Virus record (IMG/VR): IMGVR_UViG_3300037454_001182
Location: 1 to 64,000 of that record
DNA from: a virus
Lineage: Duplodnaviria; Caudoviricetes
Reading direction: 5' to 3' (one strand)
Length of the DNA: 64,000 nucleotides
Part shown: one piece after another, positions 11,601-21,200 of the stretch
Layout of the letters: each line of letters begins with the position of its first letter
Position numbering within the stretch: position 1 is the first letter of the stretch
The notes under the pieces: model-generated
What the model was told of the DNA's origin: nothing
Databases searched by the model: none
What the model saw: only the letters and a program-made list of their open reading frames with translations
Program-made: the position numbers and the translations under genes

Positions 11601-12156
11601 TACCAGATGAATGCTGTGTACCCTCTTCCTGTATGATGTGGTCATACGTCCACCTCAGACTGATGGAATCGCCCAACTTCACACGGTTGGCAGTCAGTAA
11701 CTCAGTGGTGATTTTCGCAAAGGTGACAGTACCAATCTCACTTGCAGCAGGGATTCGCACTGAAGCAAAGTCCGTGCCTTGCTCGTTGGTGAAAACGAGG
11801 TCAAGTTGCGTCGTGTCACCCTCCACAGGGTCAGTACGGATGCTGTCAATGGTCTGCCCCTTGATGCTGTTTATCTCAGTGGCTACTGCCCTGTTCTGAA
11901 CGGCATTAGTGCTTTCCGTTGATAGCGACTGGTCAACGGCAGGAATGTCAATATCGACAATGCCGTTGGCATCTTTCTGGACGGTCTGGTTGTTCACTCG
12001 CACACCACTCACCTTATCTTCCGATTCTTGGAGTTTGCGCTTGATGAACTTCTGGACTGATTCACCGCTATACGGTAAATTGTTCCTTGAATCCTGTTCC
12101 CAATCTTCATTGAGAGTACGGATGTCATTGTAACTTAGATTACTTTTTCTTGCCAT
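5656..12156 (-). CDS. Large tail adhesin / receptor-binding protein, DGR target 1
   Basis: 2166 aa; LamG-like, CotH-kinase-like and LRR-like segments; C-terminal VR (GRVLGRS...GGRLC, CLec-type). Confidence 0.8.
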   Translation of the reverse strand: MARKSNLSYNDIRTLNEDWEQDSRNNLPYSGESVQKFIKRKLQESEDKVSGVRVNNQTVQKDANGIVDIDIPAVDQSLSTESTNAVQNRAVATEINSIKGQTIDSIRTDPVEGDTTQLDLVFTNEQGTDFASVRIPAASEIGTVTFAKITTELLTANRVKLGDSISLRWTYDHIIQEEGTQHSSGTAAQTLTIRALIGTTEVYSETRPNVPAGTTDVLTLGPDVITQAGTVNIYIIAQTVYGEESQRAQGFKSVSVITMDLATTFDPASALALSNGFTNGQTITIPYTYTVPAGTTIRVYKDGTLFDTATVSGTARGNVYLNASDLSAGRHNIQLVAESSGLLSNVVSVDLLKAGGSSDYLGMRLSVPVAQISDMPLPYAYGDTALPLAAEQFGSLTIDFAAWQSANLEATVIVAVDGVTTQTLAADRTMQTLSQRFDTSGTHAMTVTVGSTTRTFAVVVTAAAGVTEQEAIGYRTKLTANGRTNNESAVTRSDWGGITTFQGVDFNTNGWHRDADGVDSMLLTNGAVQQTNIKPFVLDETDNDYSIQNRGMALEMEIKVSQVMERGATVVSCLWDNDNSGYPMGIKVTTEEAGLFFGGVEEITTAEDLKDEYGNYIDYEGNIVDSAHAVRLKVTRPKGVAMNIAPDKWMHLAFVVQPVSNGYGLGMLFINGVLSRANRYSGALRQNVPQLLTFDSDKADVQVRGIRYYRTPLTADEVLANWIIDRPTAALIQAAHQKNAVGDSNNTADADGNIAINKDALRSKGRGVLTIIRSGDSGMGLTDLFTCVDKKQNFKADLVKWEPPLDSNGNSIGQGFEARNVRVRIQGTSSVKYPYKNIRIYLTTEQDGVRSLVIGGVDVTDTAKGYPLRGAANSIEQGVICCKTDFVDSSLAGNTGGAHLFDTTMRALNLLTPPQEYDARVRQSVDGLPCDIFAGKSEVGALTYCGQFVLNNEKSKSATIFGMEPATGILVPTGEEEEDEHGVMQPVLGNHWPCPIALEALDNNSPMTLFQPAGSENSTALANQLADKFDDGFEFNYPEDAKWANVDEGQWDAGKNKWSVKPLPGARAAIKRWMGWLYDCVPSAMRSNPDYGTAAGWSAESKAKWVSNKFKTEISNYFDRNHLLTYYLIIDYLAGKDQLAKNILWRTWDGLKWYSTFYDGDTWEAIRNDAFIVYLYNITRDSYDSERAKYAFEGHSSWLWCLVLANFEDELKQCAANLRNQLTTQAALDEFVGNMIGNWSERQYNKSGKLKYIDTIDTMNYVYTLTGNREAHITAFLTDRARLLDARYGAGAYNGDVVTFTVVREANDAVSSMKLKSGDLYYFGYKLNGIWLQGPSRADLNEELTLQFSQRLATNDPLMLGGASCIKELDLTNMGSQLNGTVNLSLCSMLSKLVMPATNGVANAPLTLGDSSKLQYIDITGQTGVHTGTAGVFDVSKHTRLTTLLAGGTSLTTVKLAEGAPTTTLVLPSTLTTLTLRYLPNLTHSGLTLQNAGAVRALNFAECPHLDWRVLLQQCSNIDHVRIEGMSGRVRSSVLRPFMSGYMGLTATGAEQTYPALIGSVQLIDVVDDFAEMQAFFERCGLELTEAQYSEYVFEDEETDPANVTNVDNQTGYQHRVEGEEYERAHPNGYNASGHVKSIHDRCQIVSGIINPVSHKMHCTKISKSSLNLTADGDAFNPTDPNGEMYDMFLYLPKYYYKGVNDFKNARKHLFLSSRTTTPVSTATITQKLVLANLLEVDGKVIDNRYFSVGDNYDSSILATATECNLYKVDVSGMKQVRFPGMRHSYFCSAFADANGKLVELFTFTMTDVVKNGSIVNPSDFDNDLGDYVFLTVPDNAKYLYFACRKTAAAKLPQVILTDSSEIEAIEPDWVEHKSELIGIYQGFAAGIVTGGTPTSGLRSISGKRTSRGNGTSTQKEWSYDSDGNPTALPSVSINGTAQDFFNLASIRGEGYSTVPYETSKDMANLLMAWFGTRDIETLVGRGSSPDYTTGVRNSIAFGDTSYYATNEMNKMWGLEAWTATMYEWTDKGCMNAPSFDAFKKARRVEQAAWAVDYYYNILQQDGQERRVKAASDNQATCAARVRFGRYCDIVASAYTNETTYAMCYAAYQSANSGKGRVLGRSHNYANAYAGVAYSSTGNASSYSYTFSGGRLCFFGEIENESELCD
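5698..5811 (-). repeat. DGR variable region VR1
   Basis: 12 mismatches to TR over 114 nt, all at TR adenines; lies at the 3' end of the 2166-aa gene. Confidence 0.95.
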
Positions 12157-12173
12157 AACTTAAACAATTTGGG

Positions 12174-13619
12174 TTATTCAATATCTTCTTCGATTACCTT
12201 GTAGTCGCAACCCTCGACCAACTCATCATTCGCAATCAGTTCATTCAACTCACTCATGGTCAAGACACATTCAGTCCTGTTGAACTCATTGATGGCGGCT
12301 TGGGCCTGTGTTCGGATAGATGCCAGTTCCTCATCACACTGTGCCTTGTATTCAGCAGTCTTGGTATTCACTGCATTGGTGATACCTGCAATGGCCTCAT
12401 TCGTGCGTTGTGTGCGTTGTTGTTCTGCTGTTTGTCTATCTGATTCATTGGATTGCCTTGTGCGTTCCTGGAGTGCCCTTGTGGCCTCTGCATCGTCACG
12501 TCTGGTTTCAGCAGCGACCCTCAGACGCTCACTTTCTGCCAGAACCTCATCATTGGAGATACGTTCTTGTTCGGCTCTCTGTCTGATTGCCTCATGTTGA
12601 ACGCGCTCATCCTCATTGGAGATTCGTCTGGTTTCTGCGGCTCTGCGCTGTGTCTCATTCGATGCTCTGTTTATCTCTTCATTTTGACGGTTTGTTTCAT
12701 TGCTCTTTCGTGTGCCTTCTGACTGCGACCTTTCTGTTTCAGCCTCAACACGCAAGGATTCTGCGTCTATGCGGCCTTGTTCTGCTTGCTGAACGCCTTC
12801 AACAAACTGGTTAGTCTGGCTCTCCCTACGGGCTTCTGCCTGTCGGTAGAGCGCGTTTCTCTCATCCTCACCTGATGCGGCTTGGCTGTCACGCTGTTGT
12901 TCATGGAGTTGGAATGCCTCTGCCCTGTTGGTCTCGGCTTGCTCTCTGGCAGTCTCAGCCTCTATGCGCAAGGCTTCCTGTCTCTGTCTCTCTTGCTCTT
13001 GGGCTACGCGGAAATCCTCTGCGTTACGTCTGCTGTTCTCATTCGCAACACGCCCTAACTCTGCCTGTTGGATTTCAGAGAGGTCATTGAACAACTGTTC
13101 CGTTCTCTGGAGGACGCGCTCTGCCGTTGCAACAGATTCCACGATAAGTTCCGTAGAGTGCAACACGGTATCAAAGCCACGCATCCACTGCTCTTCTGAA
13201 CCCTCATAGCCATAGTTTACGGCTATCTCATAGGCAGAAAGACCGTGGATTCCTGCATCTATGTTAGTGGATGCAAGCGGCAACTCTTCAACCTGCATGG
13301 ATGATGGTATCTCGGAACTCCTGGCCACAAGACGGAAAGCCTTAACGTAGTCAGTAGCGGTCTGATGCTCACCACCCAGATTCTCAAACACGGTAAGATG
13401 GTAGATGCCTGTCAACTCCTGCTCATTGGCCGGGAACGTCCAGACAATCACATTTCCCTCTGTACCGAAACGATCAATCTTTCTGACCTTATTCAGTGGG
13501 TCAGTCAGAAACAATGAGATTTTGCGACCGTCCAAGGTCACTGCCTCACCGTTAGTCAGAATAGGCCATCGGATTTGTATCTCATTGGCAATTCTGAAAG
13601 TCTTTAACTCTTCATTCAT
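12174..13619 (-). CDS. Baseplate/tail protein (BppU-like N-terminus plus long coiled coil)
   Basis: N-terminal GLSAYEIAV..GYEGSEEQW motif; E/R/Q/A-rich heptad region. Confidence 0.6.
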   Translation of the reverse strand: MNEELKTFRIANEIQIRWPILTNGEAVTLDGRKISLFLTDPLNKVRKIDRFGTEGNVIVWTFPANEQELTGIYHLTVFENLGGEHQTATDYVKAFRLVARSSEIPSSMQVEELPLASTNIDAGIHGLSAYEIAVNYGYEGSEEQWMRGFDTVLHSTELIVESVATAERVLQRTEQLFNDLSEIQQAELGRVANENSRRNAEDFRVAQEQERQRQEALRIEAETAREQAETNRAEAFQLHEQQRDSQAASGEDERNALYRQAEARRESQTNQFVEGVQQAEQGRIDAESLRVEAETERSQSEGTRKSNETNRQNEEINRASNETQRRAAETRRISNEDERVQHEAIRQRAEQERISNDEVLAESERLRVAAETRRDDAEATRALQERTRQSNESDRQTAEQQRTQRTNEAIAGITNAVNTKTAEYKAQCDEELASIRTQAQAAINEFNRTECVLTMSELNELIANDELVEGCDYKVIEEDIE

Positions 13620-13637
13620 AACAGATACGTTTATTGT

Positions 13638-13862
13638 TTAACCATTATTCCACCCATCGTTGTTATCCCACTGCATATCGTTCTGCCAGTAGCCACTACC
13701 AAAACAGGAGCGTAGGATTCTCCAGATGATTTTCAACACGCCACCGATGCAACGGTATATGACACCGATAGGAACGAGGGTAACACCACCCTCTCCATCC
13801 GACACCGCCTTGAACCGTCTGATAATAGGCTGTGCTATTCTGTCTTTGATGTAGTACTCCAT
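13638..13862 (-). CDS. Small tail-region protein (SCFGSGxW motif)
   Basis: Track ORF 13638..13892; likely start 13862 (MEYYIK); ends RSCFGSGYWQNDMQWDNNDGWNNG. Confidence 0.6.
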   Translation of the reverse strand: MEYYIKDRIAQPIIRRFKAVSDGEGGVTLVPIGVIYRCIGGVLKIIWRILRSCFGSGYWQNDMQWDNNDGWNNG

Positions 13863-13866
13863 AATC

Positions 13867-14040
13867 CTAATCGTTTTTCCAACCCTCATCATTCACCCAA
13901 GGCTTGTCATTCACCCATGCGCCAGAACCGAAACAGGAACGGACAGCCTGCCAGACAAGATGCAAGCCGTGATAGACTGCCGCCAATGTCTGACCACCTA
14001 TCACCTTGGCAATGATACTATGCTGATTGTATGTCTGCAT
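13867..14040 (-). CDS. 57-aa paralog of the preceding gene, absent from the ORF track
   Basis: MQTYNQHSIIAKVIGGQTLAAVYHGLHLVWQAVRSCFGSGAWVNDKPWVNDEGWKND; TAATG overlap with the upstream gene. Confidence 0.75.
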   Translation of the reverse strand: MQTYNQHSIIAKVIGGQTLAAVYHGLHLVWQAVRSCFGSGAWVNDKPWVNDEGWKND

Positions 14041-14345
14041 TATTCGTAGATGTTATATAACACGTCCTCTTGAACCTGTTCGTTGGCAACGAGCGCATCA
14101 TATTGGGCTTGGGTGAGGAACACCTGCGTCACGTTGGATTCAGTAAGAACTCTTAACGCCTCTGTGTTCTGGGCATGTTGCTCCAGAGTAGCATCGAGCG
14201 TGTCACTCATATTGTCGAGTGCTGTCTGCTGCGCTTCGAGAATGTCCGCATTGCCATTGACTACACTCTTTATCTCGTTGACCTCCTGTGAAGTCCACAA
14301 GTCACCATATCGCTTGTTAGCGTAACTGATTTTCTGTACTGGCAT
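14040..14345 (-). CDS. Hypothetical tail-region protein
   Basis: 101 aa, tightly packed in the operon. Confidence 0.6.
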   Translation of the reverse strand: MPVQKISYANKRYGDLWTSQEVNEIKSVVNGNADILEAQQTALDNMSDTLDATLEQHAQNTEALRVLTESNVTQVFLTQAQYDALVANEQVQEDVLYNIYE

Positions 14346-14346
14346 A

Positions 14347-14619
14347 TCAAGTCAAATTTCTTTCTGTTTCACTTTCAAGTGCAAAATCCAACACATAGGG
14401 GAAACCGAAGCCTCTCTCCAATGGGAAATCGAGCGTGTAGTCAAAGCCTACATGGGTCTCTGGCAGAAGTAGCGAGGTGTGCTTGATGGAATTGAGGATG
14501 ATGGGTAACTCGTTTGTCGTAAGCTGCTGCCTCGTACTGTTGAGTAACCCGATGGAAACCTTGACCATTCCATTGGCCAACATTTCTCTACCCTCTACCT
14601 TGAACCCTATCTTATCCAT
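14347..14619 (-). CDS. Hypothetical tail-region protein
   Basis: 90 aa, tightly packed. Confidence 0.55.
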   Translation of the reverse strand: MDKIGFKVEGREMLANGMVKVSIGLLNSTRQQLTTNELPIILNSIKHTSLLLPETHVGFDYTLDFPLERGFGFPYVLDFALESETERNLT

Positions 14620-14908
14620 TGAGAACGGCGTTTAGGTGTCTCTTTACTGCTGCAATATAGTTGCACTCGTTGATAACTCTCAACATGGGCTGCACATACT
14701 GGTCTGGAACCTCGACCGGGCCATCAGAGAAGTAGATGGTTCTGGCCAACTCTTCAAAGCCGATGTCCATGATTACAGAACCGTTATACATCATGTCATT
14801 GCCGAGTATCTTTGCGATATTCAGCACTCTCTTCGTGCCGTCAAAACTGACTTGCACCTCCATTTTTGTAAAGTCGATTTTCTTCATTGCTTTATGTATT
14901 TTAACCAT
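14612..14908 (-). CDS. Hypothetical phage protein
   Basis: Likely start 14887 (MKKIDF); overlaps its neighbours. Confidence 0.6.
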   Translation of the reverse strand: MVKIHKAMKKIDFTKMEVQVSFDGTKRVLNIAKILGNDMMYNGSVIMDIGFEELARTIYFSDGPVEVPDQYVQPMLRVINECNYIAAVKRHLNAVLNG

Positions 14909-15213
14909 GAATAATGTCTGCGCGTAGTGAGGTAGTCAAGATTGCTTTCGTTGGCATACGCCTCACGCTCAAAAGAGATACTGCGGTATGCCTTTTTCCA
15001 GTTCCAACAGAACAGGAAACGGATAAGGAACTCCAGAGCATACCACACGAAGAATAAAAGTATCAGCATTTCCTTTTGCTGCCTTTCGTGGATTTCTTCG
15101 TGATTGAGGAACCGTGGCGTGATAGTGACATTGGGCTTAACTATCAGCCAGAACACAAGCGAAATCGCTGCATACCCTTTTGGTGGGAACCAGGAACATC
15201 TTACTATCTTCAT
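14884..15213 (-). CDS. Small HExxH protein (putative metallopeptidase)
   Basis: NHEEIH followed by SISFEREAY. Confidence 0.55.
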   Translation of the reverse strand: MKIVRCSWFPPKGYAAISLVFWLIVKPNVTITPRFLNHEEIHERQQKEMLILLFFVWYALEFLIRFLFCWNWKKAYRSISFEREAYANESNLDYLTTRRHYSWLKYIKQ

Positions 15214-15219
15214 GTCAAT

Positions 15220-18200
15220 TCAAATTATATATCGTGAATACCATTTGTGGTCAGTTGCGTTATACACCAGAATCACACCATAAGCCTTAGAATAATAGGT
15301 GGTCGTATCACCACTCCAACCGTCAGTCTCACTATGTGCCTCAACATTAGCAGGTAACACGACACTACCTTGTCCGAGGAAATTACTATATGCTATCAGA
15401 TTTGAGTGCCGGATAACATCTGAACCAGAGGCAGCTATTGTTACATTAGCCGTATTGTCACTTATAATCGTGAACTGTTGGCCAGTCACGGCATCAGTCG
15501 GAAGTGTTACCGTGTATGCAGAACTACCCTCGCATAAGATGATGCTGTCAGTCTTTAGGACTGTGTATGCAGAACTTATCTTAGTGAGTTTCTTGATAAG
15601 CCCACCCTGCAAAGATGTTTTGCCCTGTGATTCAATAGCCGTTGGGCCGTAGGCAATAATTGCCGCACGTCCAGATGCCATCGTGGTTGCAAAGATGCAG
15701 TATGAACTATCATTCATCATGTAGAGGTTGGCATTTCTGGCCAACTCTTGCTGACTGGTTGACATGATGGTGTAAGAATCTCCAAGGAGACCAAAACGCA
15801 ACACACCATTATCAGCATAGAAGTAATCTCCACTGATAACCAGATTTCCGAACTTACCACTTGAAGCCGTTACCTTACCTGCTATATCTGCATCGGTAGC
15901 CTTTAGCGTTCCTGTGGTCGGGTCAATGGAAATCTTGTTTGTCACCGTTCCATCGGAACTCTCAAAGGAAACCTTATCTGCACGAAGTTTGATGATTCCA
16001 GTAGTGATGTCAATACCTGTTGTCAACAGGTTATTCTTTGACATGATTTCTGCAACCAGGGGGCAGACACCACCCAGAACGATACCAACGGCATAGATTC
16101 GCCAACTACCCATGACGTGACAGATTCCAACCGTAGAGCCTAAAGCACTGGTCATTCTCTTTGTGGCATAATACTTACGCCAACCATTGCCCAAATCAAC
16201 GAATGGCGAATTGATGGTATCTACGACTATCTGTGTGCCGGAATCATCATAGCCGAAGCACAACCTACTCGGAACCAGAGTACCACCGCTATTCTGGACG
16301 TAAGTCTCATTACTGGTAGCAAGGTTCTTACATATCACATAGAATGTGGCATCGTTTCCAGTCAGCAAAGAAAAGTTGGTTCTGCGAGTAAACAACAACT
16401 GCCAGTGGCCATTGACATTATGGCTCACCTGCAACACCTTTCCGAAAGTTCCATCTGTCACCTCAGACGATGTGAAGTCTGCATTTTCTTCTTTGGTGCC
16501 AGTAACGGCCAGAGGATTCACGATGAAGTTATCCAGACCGTTGCCATCACTTTCCTCTGGAACCCATGAAGTGGCCACACTTCCCTCTTCAACCTTATAC
16601 CAGAGAATTGTCACAGGGTATGTGCGAGTACCAGAGTTGCCAGTGCCGTTTGCTCCACCCTCTTCGTTGGTGTCATATAGATAGGATTCTATTTCATAGG
16701 TCGCTGTCTTATCTGCTGTGAATGATACGGATGCAGTTCTGGCAGCACCGCCATTCTTGGTGATGTTAAACGACCTGCTCCATGCCCAACTATAACCAAT
16801 CTCGCTTGTCGTACTTGCTTCAGTGGAATCCTTTCTACGGTAGATGAACACTTTCAGCACCATGTTTGAGGGCAGCGAGGTTGGAACTATGCCACTTGCT
16901 GACAGCGTGTAACTCTTACCTGCCTCCAGTTTCAGAGTGCGCTTTCCGAAGCCATACGCATTACTGGTTTCATTGATGATGGAGTGAGGCAGCAAGTTCG
17001 GGCCATAACCCTTTACACCTGCTACGGCATTGGATATTGCCAGACTGATTGCGTCACCTGCAGTAATGTTCACTTGGTCACCATCAATCTTCACACCGCT
17101 CTGAATCTTATACCCACCATTGCCATCACTCACCTTGGTTACGAATGTTCCCAAATGAGCCTGTGCAAGAATGTTACCGTCTGCATCGGTAGCCTGTGAG
17201 AAAAGTGTTGCCCAATCGGATGAGGTGATGAACCCACTCGAATTGACCACACCATTAGCGGATGCCATAGCCACGGCACGGATATAGCCAGGGAGATTCT
17301 GGATAACGCTGTGATTCGATTCTTGCAGAACCTCCCAATCAGAACCGTTGTACATTCTGATAAAGATACCACCCTCAACCTCTCTGTTTGCATCACCAAC
17401 AGGGAAATTGGTATCTGTGAAAGTTATCTGGGAACAGAGAATGTCATACAGTTTAGGAGTGACCAACGAGGGCTTCAACCTAAAGATTCGGATGGTATAA
17501 GTTCCAGTCAGTTCATACACGGACTTGAACACGTTCTGGAAGAGGTCGTTTTCGATAGTAACCCAACTACCACTCTCAAAACGCTTCACCACGTTAGTAT
17601 TGGCACCGTAGGCCATATCACCATTGGCATTTGCCGTACTCGGTATGGTTGCACCAAGGTAGATATTGACGTACTGGTTTATGCTCTTGTCACGGATATA
17701 TCCACCATCGTAAGTATAGACCATGTTCGCCATTGATGCAAGCAACAGACGTGGGTCTCTCTTCTCTGTGATGTCCTTTAGGTTGGCCCAATAATTGCTG
17801 ACAGTGTAGCTATTGTTTCCAGAGGCAAGTGCCGTAGTACACACCATCATTTCGTTGGTGTCTGACTGCAACCACAAATCACCCACCTTGAACGGAGGCG
17901 TAGGGGGTGTGTTGGATGAAGACACAAAGTAGGACACATGAGAGACGGATATTGCAGCGACCAAATCAGAACGCTCTTTGTAGTAATTGCTCCAGATAGT
18001 CTTGAAGAGGCTACCACTGATAGCCGTATCACCACTGGCAACGAGAATACTGCCAGCCATTGTGTTGTAAGTGACGTGCCTGTTGGTCGTGCTGTCTGTC
18101 TTGTCATAGAGGTAGTTACCCAGACGATAGAAAGCGTTGGTGTATGCAGAAGAATCTACATGGGTCTTGTTAGCCTGTGCGATAATCTTTTCATATTCAT

Positions 18201-21200
18201 TGTATGCTGCATCCCATTCACGAAGCACGGTCAGTTTCTCAAAGGGTGTCAGAATGTTATCGGCTGCAAGGTTATCCAACTCTCCGAGGGCATCATCACC
18301 AGACTTCTTAGCAACGTCCACAAACAGGTCTTGAAGTGCGGTACGCTTGTTATAGTACCCATCCCAAGCGGCGTTGAAGTCCAACTTTTGCTGTGCTGTC
18401 AACGTCTCTGTTCTGGTGAGGTATGTACCTAACCATGAGGGCGTAGGAAAGTTGGCAGGTGTGTTACCACTCGCAAACGAATACTCATAGGTGGTTCCAC
18501 CATTCAACAGGGTAGCCAGAGTATTGAACGCTGTGATGTACTGCGATGAGGCTGTCTGCAACTCTGTTTTCATCGTACCACTTTCAAGCGCATTGGTGTA
18601 TGTGTTTGACTGCGATATGAGTACAGGGTATTCAGTCACCACCTCGCGCCAGTTCAAAAGGAGCGTGTTCTTTTCAGCAGGTGTTATCTTGCCATCGGAC
18701 ACTATATCATCCAGTCTGTGAAGTGCATCATCGGCCAGAGCCTTTGAATACTCTGCAAAGTCATTCAACAGCTTAACACTCGCATAGTAGTAGGTATTCC
18801 AGAGTTGGCGGTACTTGGTAGCGGTGTATGCAACAGAGGAACTTCCATCGGTGTATGAGTAATTGCCAATCACCGTGTTTGCTTGCAGGTCTCGCAACCA
18901 CAACAACTGCTGACCATTATACAAAAGGACGGTTCTGTTGGTAGCGTCTTTGTTCACCTCTTCTTGACCGCCTCCGTATGTGCCACCATTCAGCATGAGA
19001 ATGAGCGCGTCAAAGGCACTCTCAAAAGCGGCCTCATCTTGATAGTAGCCGTATTCCCTTGATGCGTGGTCTTGATTTCCAAACGTTGTGAATCCGTAGG
19101 CCGTAGCCCTTGCCACATAGTCGAAATACTCTTCTTTGGTACGCATCCACTCCTTATAGAGTTCGCTCTTTTCTGTGCCTCCACTGATGATGCCATCGGA
19201 CACTATATCATCTATGAGGTCTTTTGCCTTTTCTGGGAGTGCATCAACGAAAGTAGCCAGAGCGCTATAATAATTTGCCCACCTCTCCCTGTATGTTACA
19301 GGGCTGTTGATGGTGGTGTCTGCATACAGGTTTGCGAACCATGCAGGGGTGAGATAGATGCCGTTGCTGTCTTTGCCTAAATCGCTCCAGTTATTCAGCA
19401 TATTGGCCAGAGCAAGGAAAGCAGCATGATAGGCGTTCCACTCGGTAGTGATTCCGTAGTCAACGGCTCTCACGGCATACTCTTCATGTTCGCTCAACGC
19501 TTTCTTCCAGTCAACGAACACCCTTATCTTTTCGGCTCCACCTGTCAATACGCCATCACTGGCTACGTCTGCAATCTTTTCCAGAGAGGCCAAAGTGTCT
19601 GCGTCCGTAATCTCATCCCAATAGTAGGTGACAGTGCCGTTACTCTCTACTGCAATCCATCGCCATGCCCGGCCTCCAGTAGATGCAGGGGTGCGTGTGG
19701 TGTCGTAGAAAATATCCTGTGCGTGTAACGCTTTGAGTGAATCAGTAGGCCACTCGCTTGCAGGGTAGTTAGGTGTTGCACTCGGACTGTCCTTTGATGG
19801 AAGAGGTGCGCCAGAGCCAAACCAAATGTCAAACTTCTTATCGGCTTGATTCTTGATGTCATTCAGTTGCTCTATCAATGCCCTCAACTGGTCTTCGATG
19901 GTGTTGCCATCACCTGTATTGCCGTGGGTCTCATCCACGACTGAATGGAACTCGCCATAAATGACGTTCTTTGACGGTGACAACAGCAAGGTAGGGTCTG
20001 GAAGAGTGAAATGCTCCACACCAACACCCGAATACTCCATGATGGCAGGTGAACCCGCGCCCTCGACTTTGAGGTAGATAACACCCTGTCTGGCCGCATT
20101 AGTCCAGTTACCCATCTGTACGATGGCATCCTCTGCCTCTGGATATGCGCTACCTGCTTCATAGTCTGTGGAAACCATGTTGGATAAGTCCACATACTGA
20201 TACTGCTTTGAGGCCAATTCTGGGGCCTGTGGCTGCGTTTCTTGCAGTGATGGTATAATTCCTCTACCCACTGCCAAAACTCGCCTCCAGTAGCGTTTAT
20301 TTGACGTGTTGGAATGTACGCCAGAATCTATGTTGAATGTCTCACACAAGGCTTGGTCATTCGCTGCCCATCTGTTTTCTGTGGCTGTGGTGCCATCATC
20401 AGAGTACAGGTAGCAACGGAACTTCTTAACGAGGGGGATATTTGCGGCTGCTTTTGTCAGAACAACATCGCTTGCTCCCAACCACTCCACATAGTAGATT
20501 CGGCTTCCGGCTGCTGAGAAAGCATAGTTTCCACCGACATAGGAGATTTCTCTGATTTCCAGAGAGGCGAAGAAAGCCTTAACCCTCACCAACAGCTCAT
20601 CGACCTCTAACCGTGTCCTACGATTGCCGCCAATGGTCTTTTCTATCAGTTCAAAGCCTTTGCCGAAAAGGTTATCCTCGTTGGCTGCTCCATACGTCTG
20701 ATAGTCTTTGGTCTGAACGCCTCTTCTCTGGCCATTGCCAGGATTGAACGTCCAAAGGGAACTGATGCTATCATCCCTGTCTTTACGAGCAAACGACCGC
20801 TCTGTTTTCAGTGCGGAATAGACGTTGCCATCACTTGGCTCTGTATCTTCATTCGTGGTGATGATGTAGATGTTTGAACTGCCACCATAGGCGATGTAGT
20901 TACTGCCTTGGTAGTTGATGGCATCCATGGCCTCATTGATTTTGGCCTCGGTGTCTCTCTTACTGGAATAGGTGGCACTCTCACCGACATAGATAACAGC
21001 ACCATCGTAGGGCATATCCATCTTATACTCGAAGCCTATCACCCTCGAATTGCGACTGCCACCCTCAAAGAAGTTGTCATTGACCAGACAGATGCGCTGA
21101 CCCAATGGGAATGAGCCGACCTTGGTATATGTAGAATCTTGATTGCCGGAACGATCAAGACCAAACATATAATCGGCCATCATCTTACATGGATATACGT

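Noticed and set aside
12698-12707. CATTGCTCTT copy inside the baseplate gene
   Set aside because: Its ATG is out of frame (AAG AGC AAT GAA = KSNE), so it is treated as a chance hit and not counted as a tagged start.
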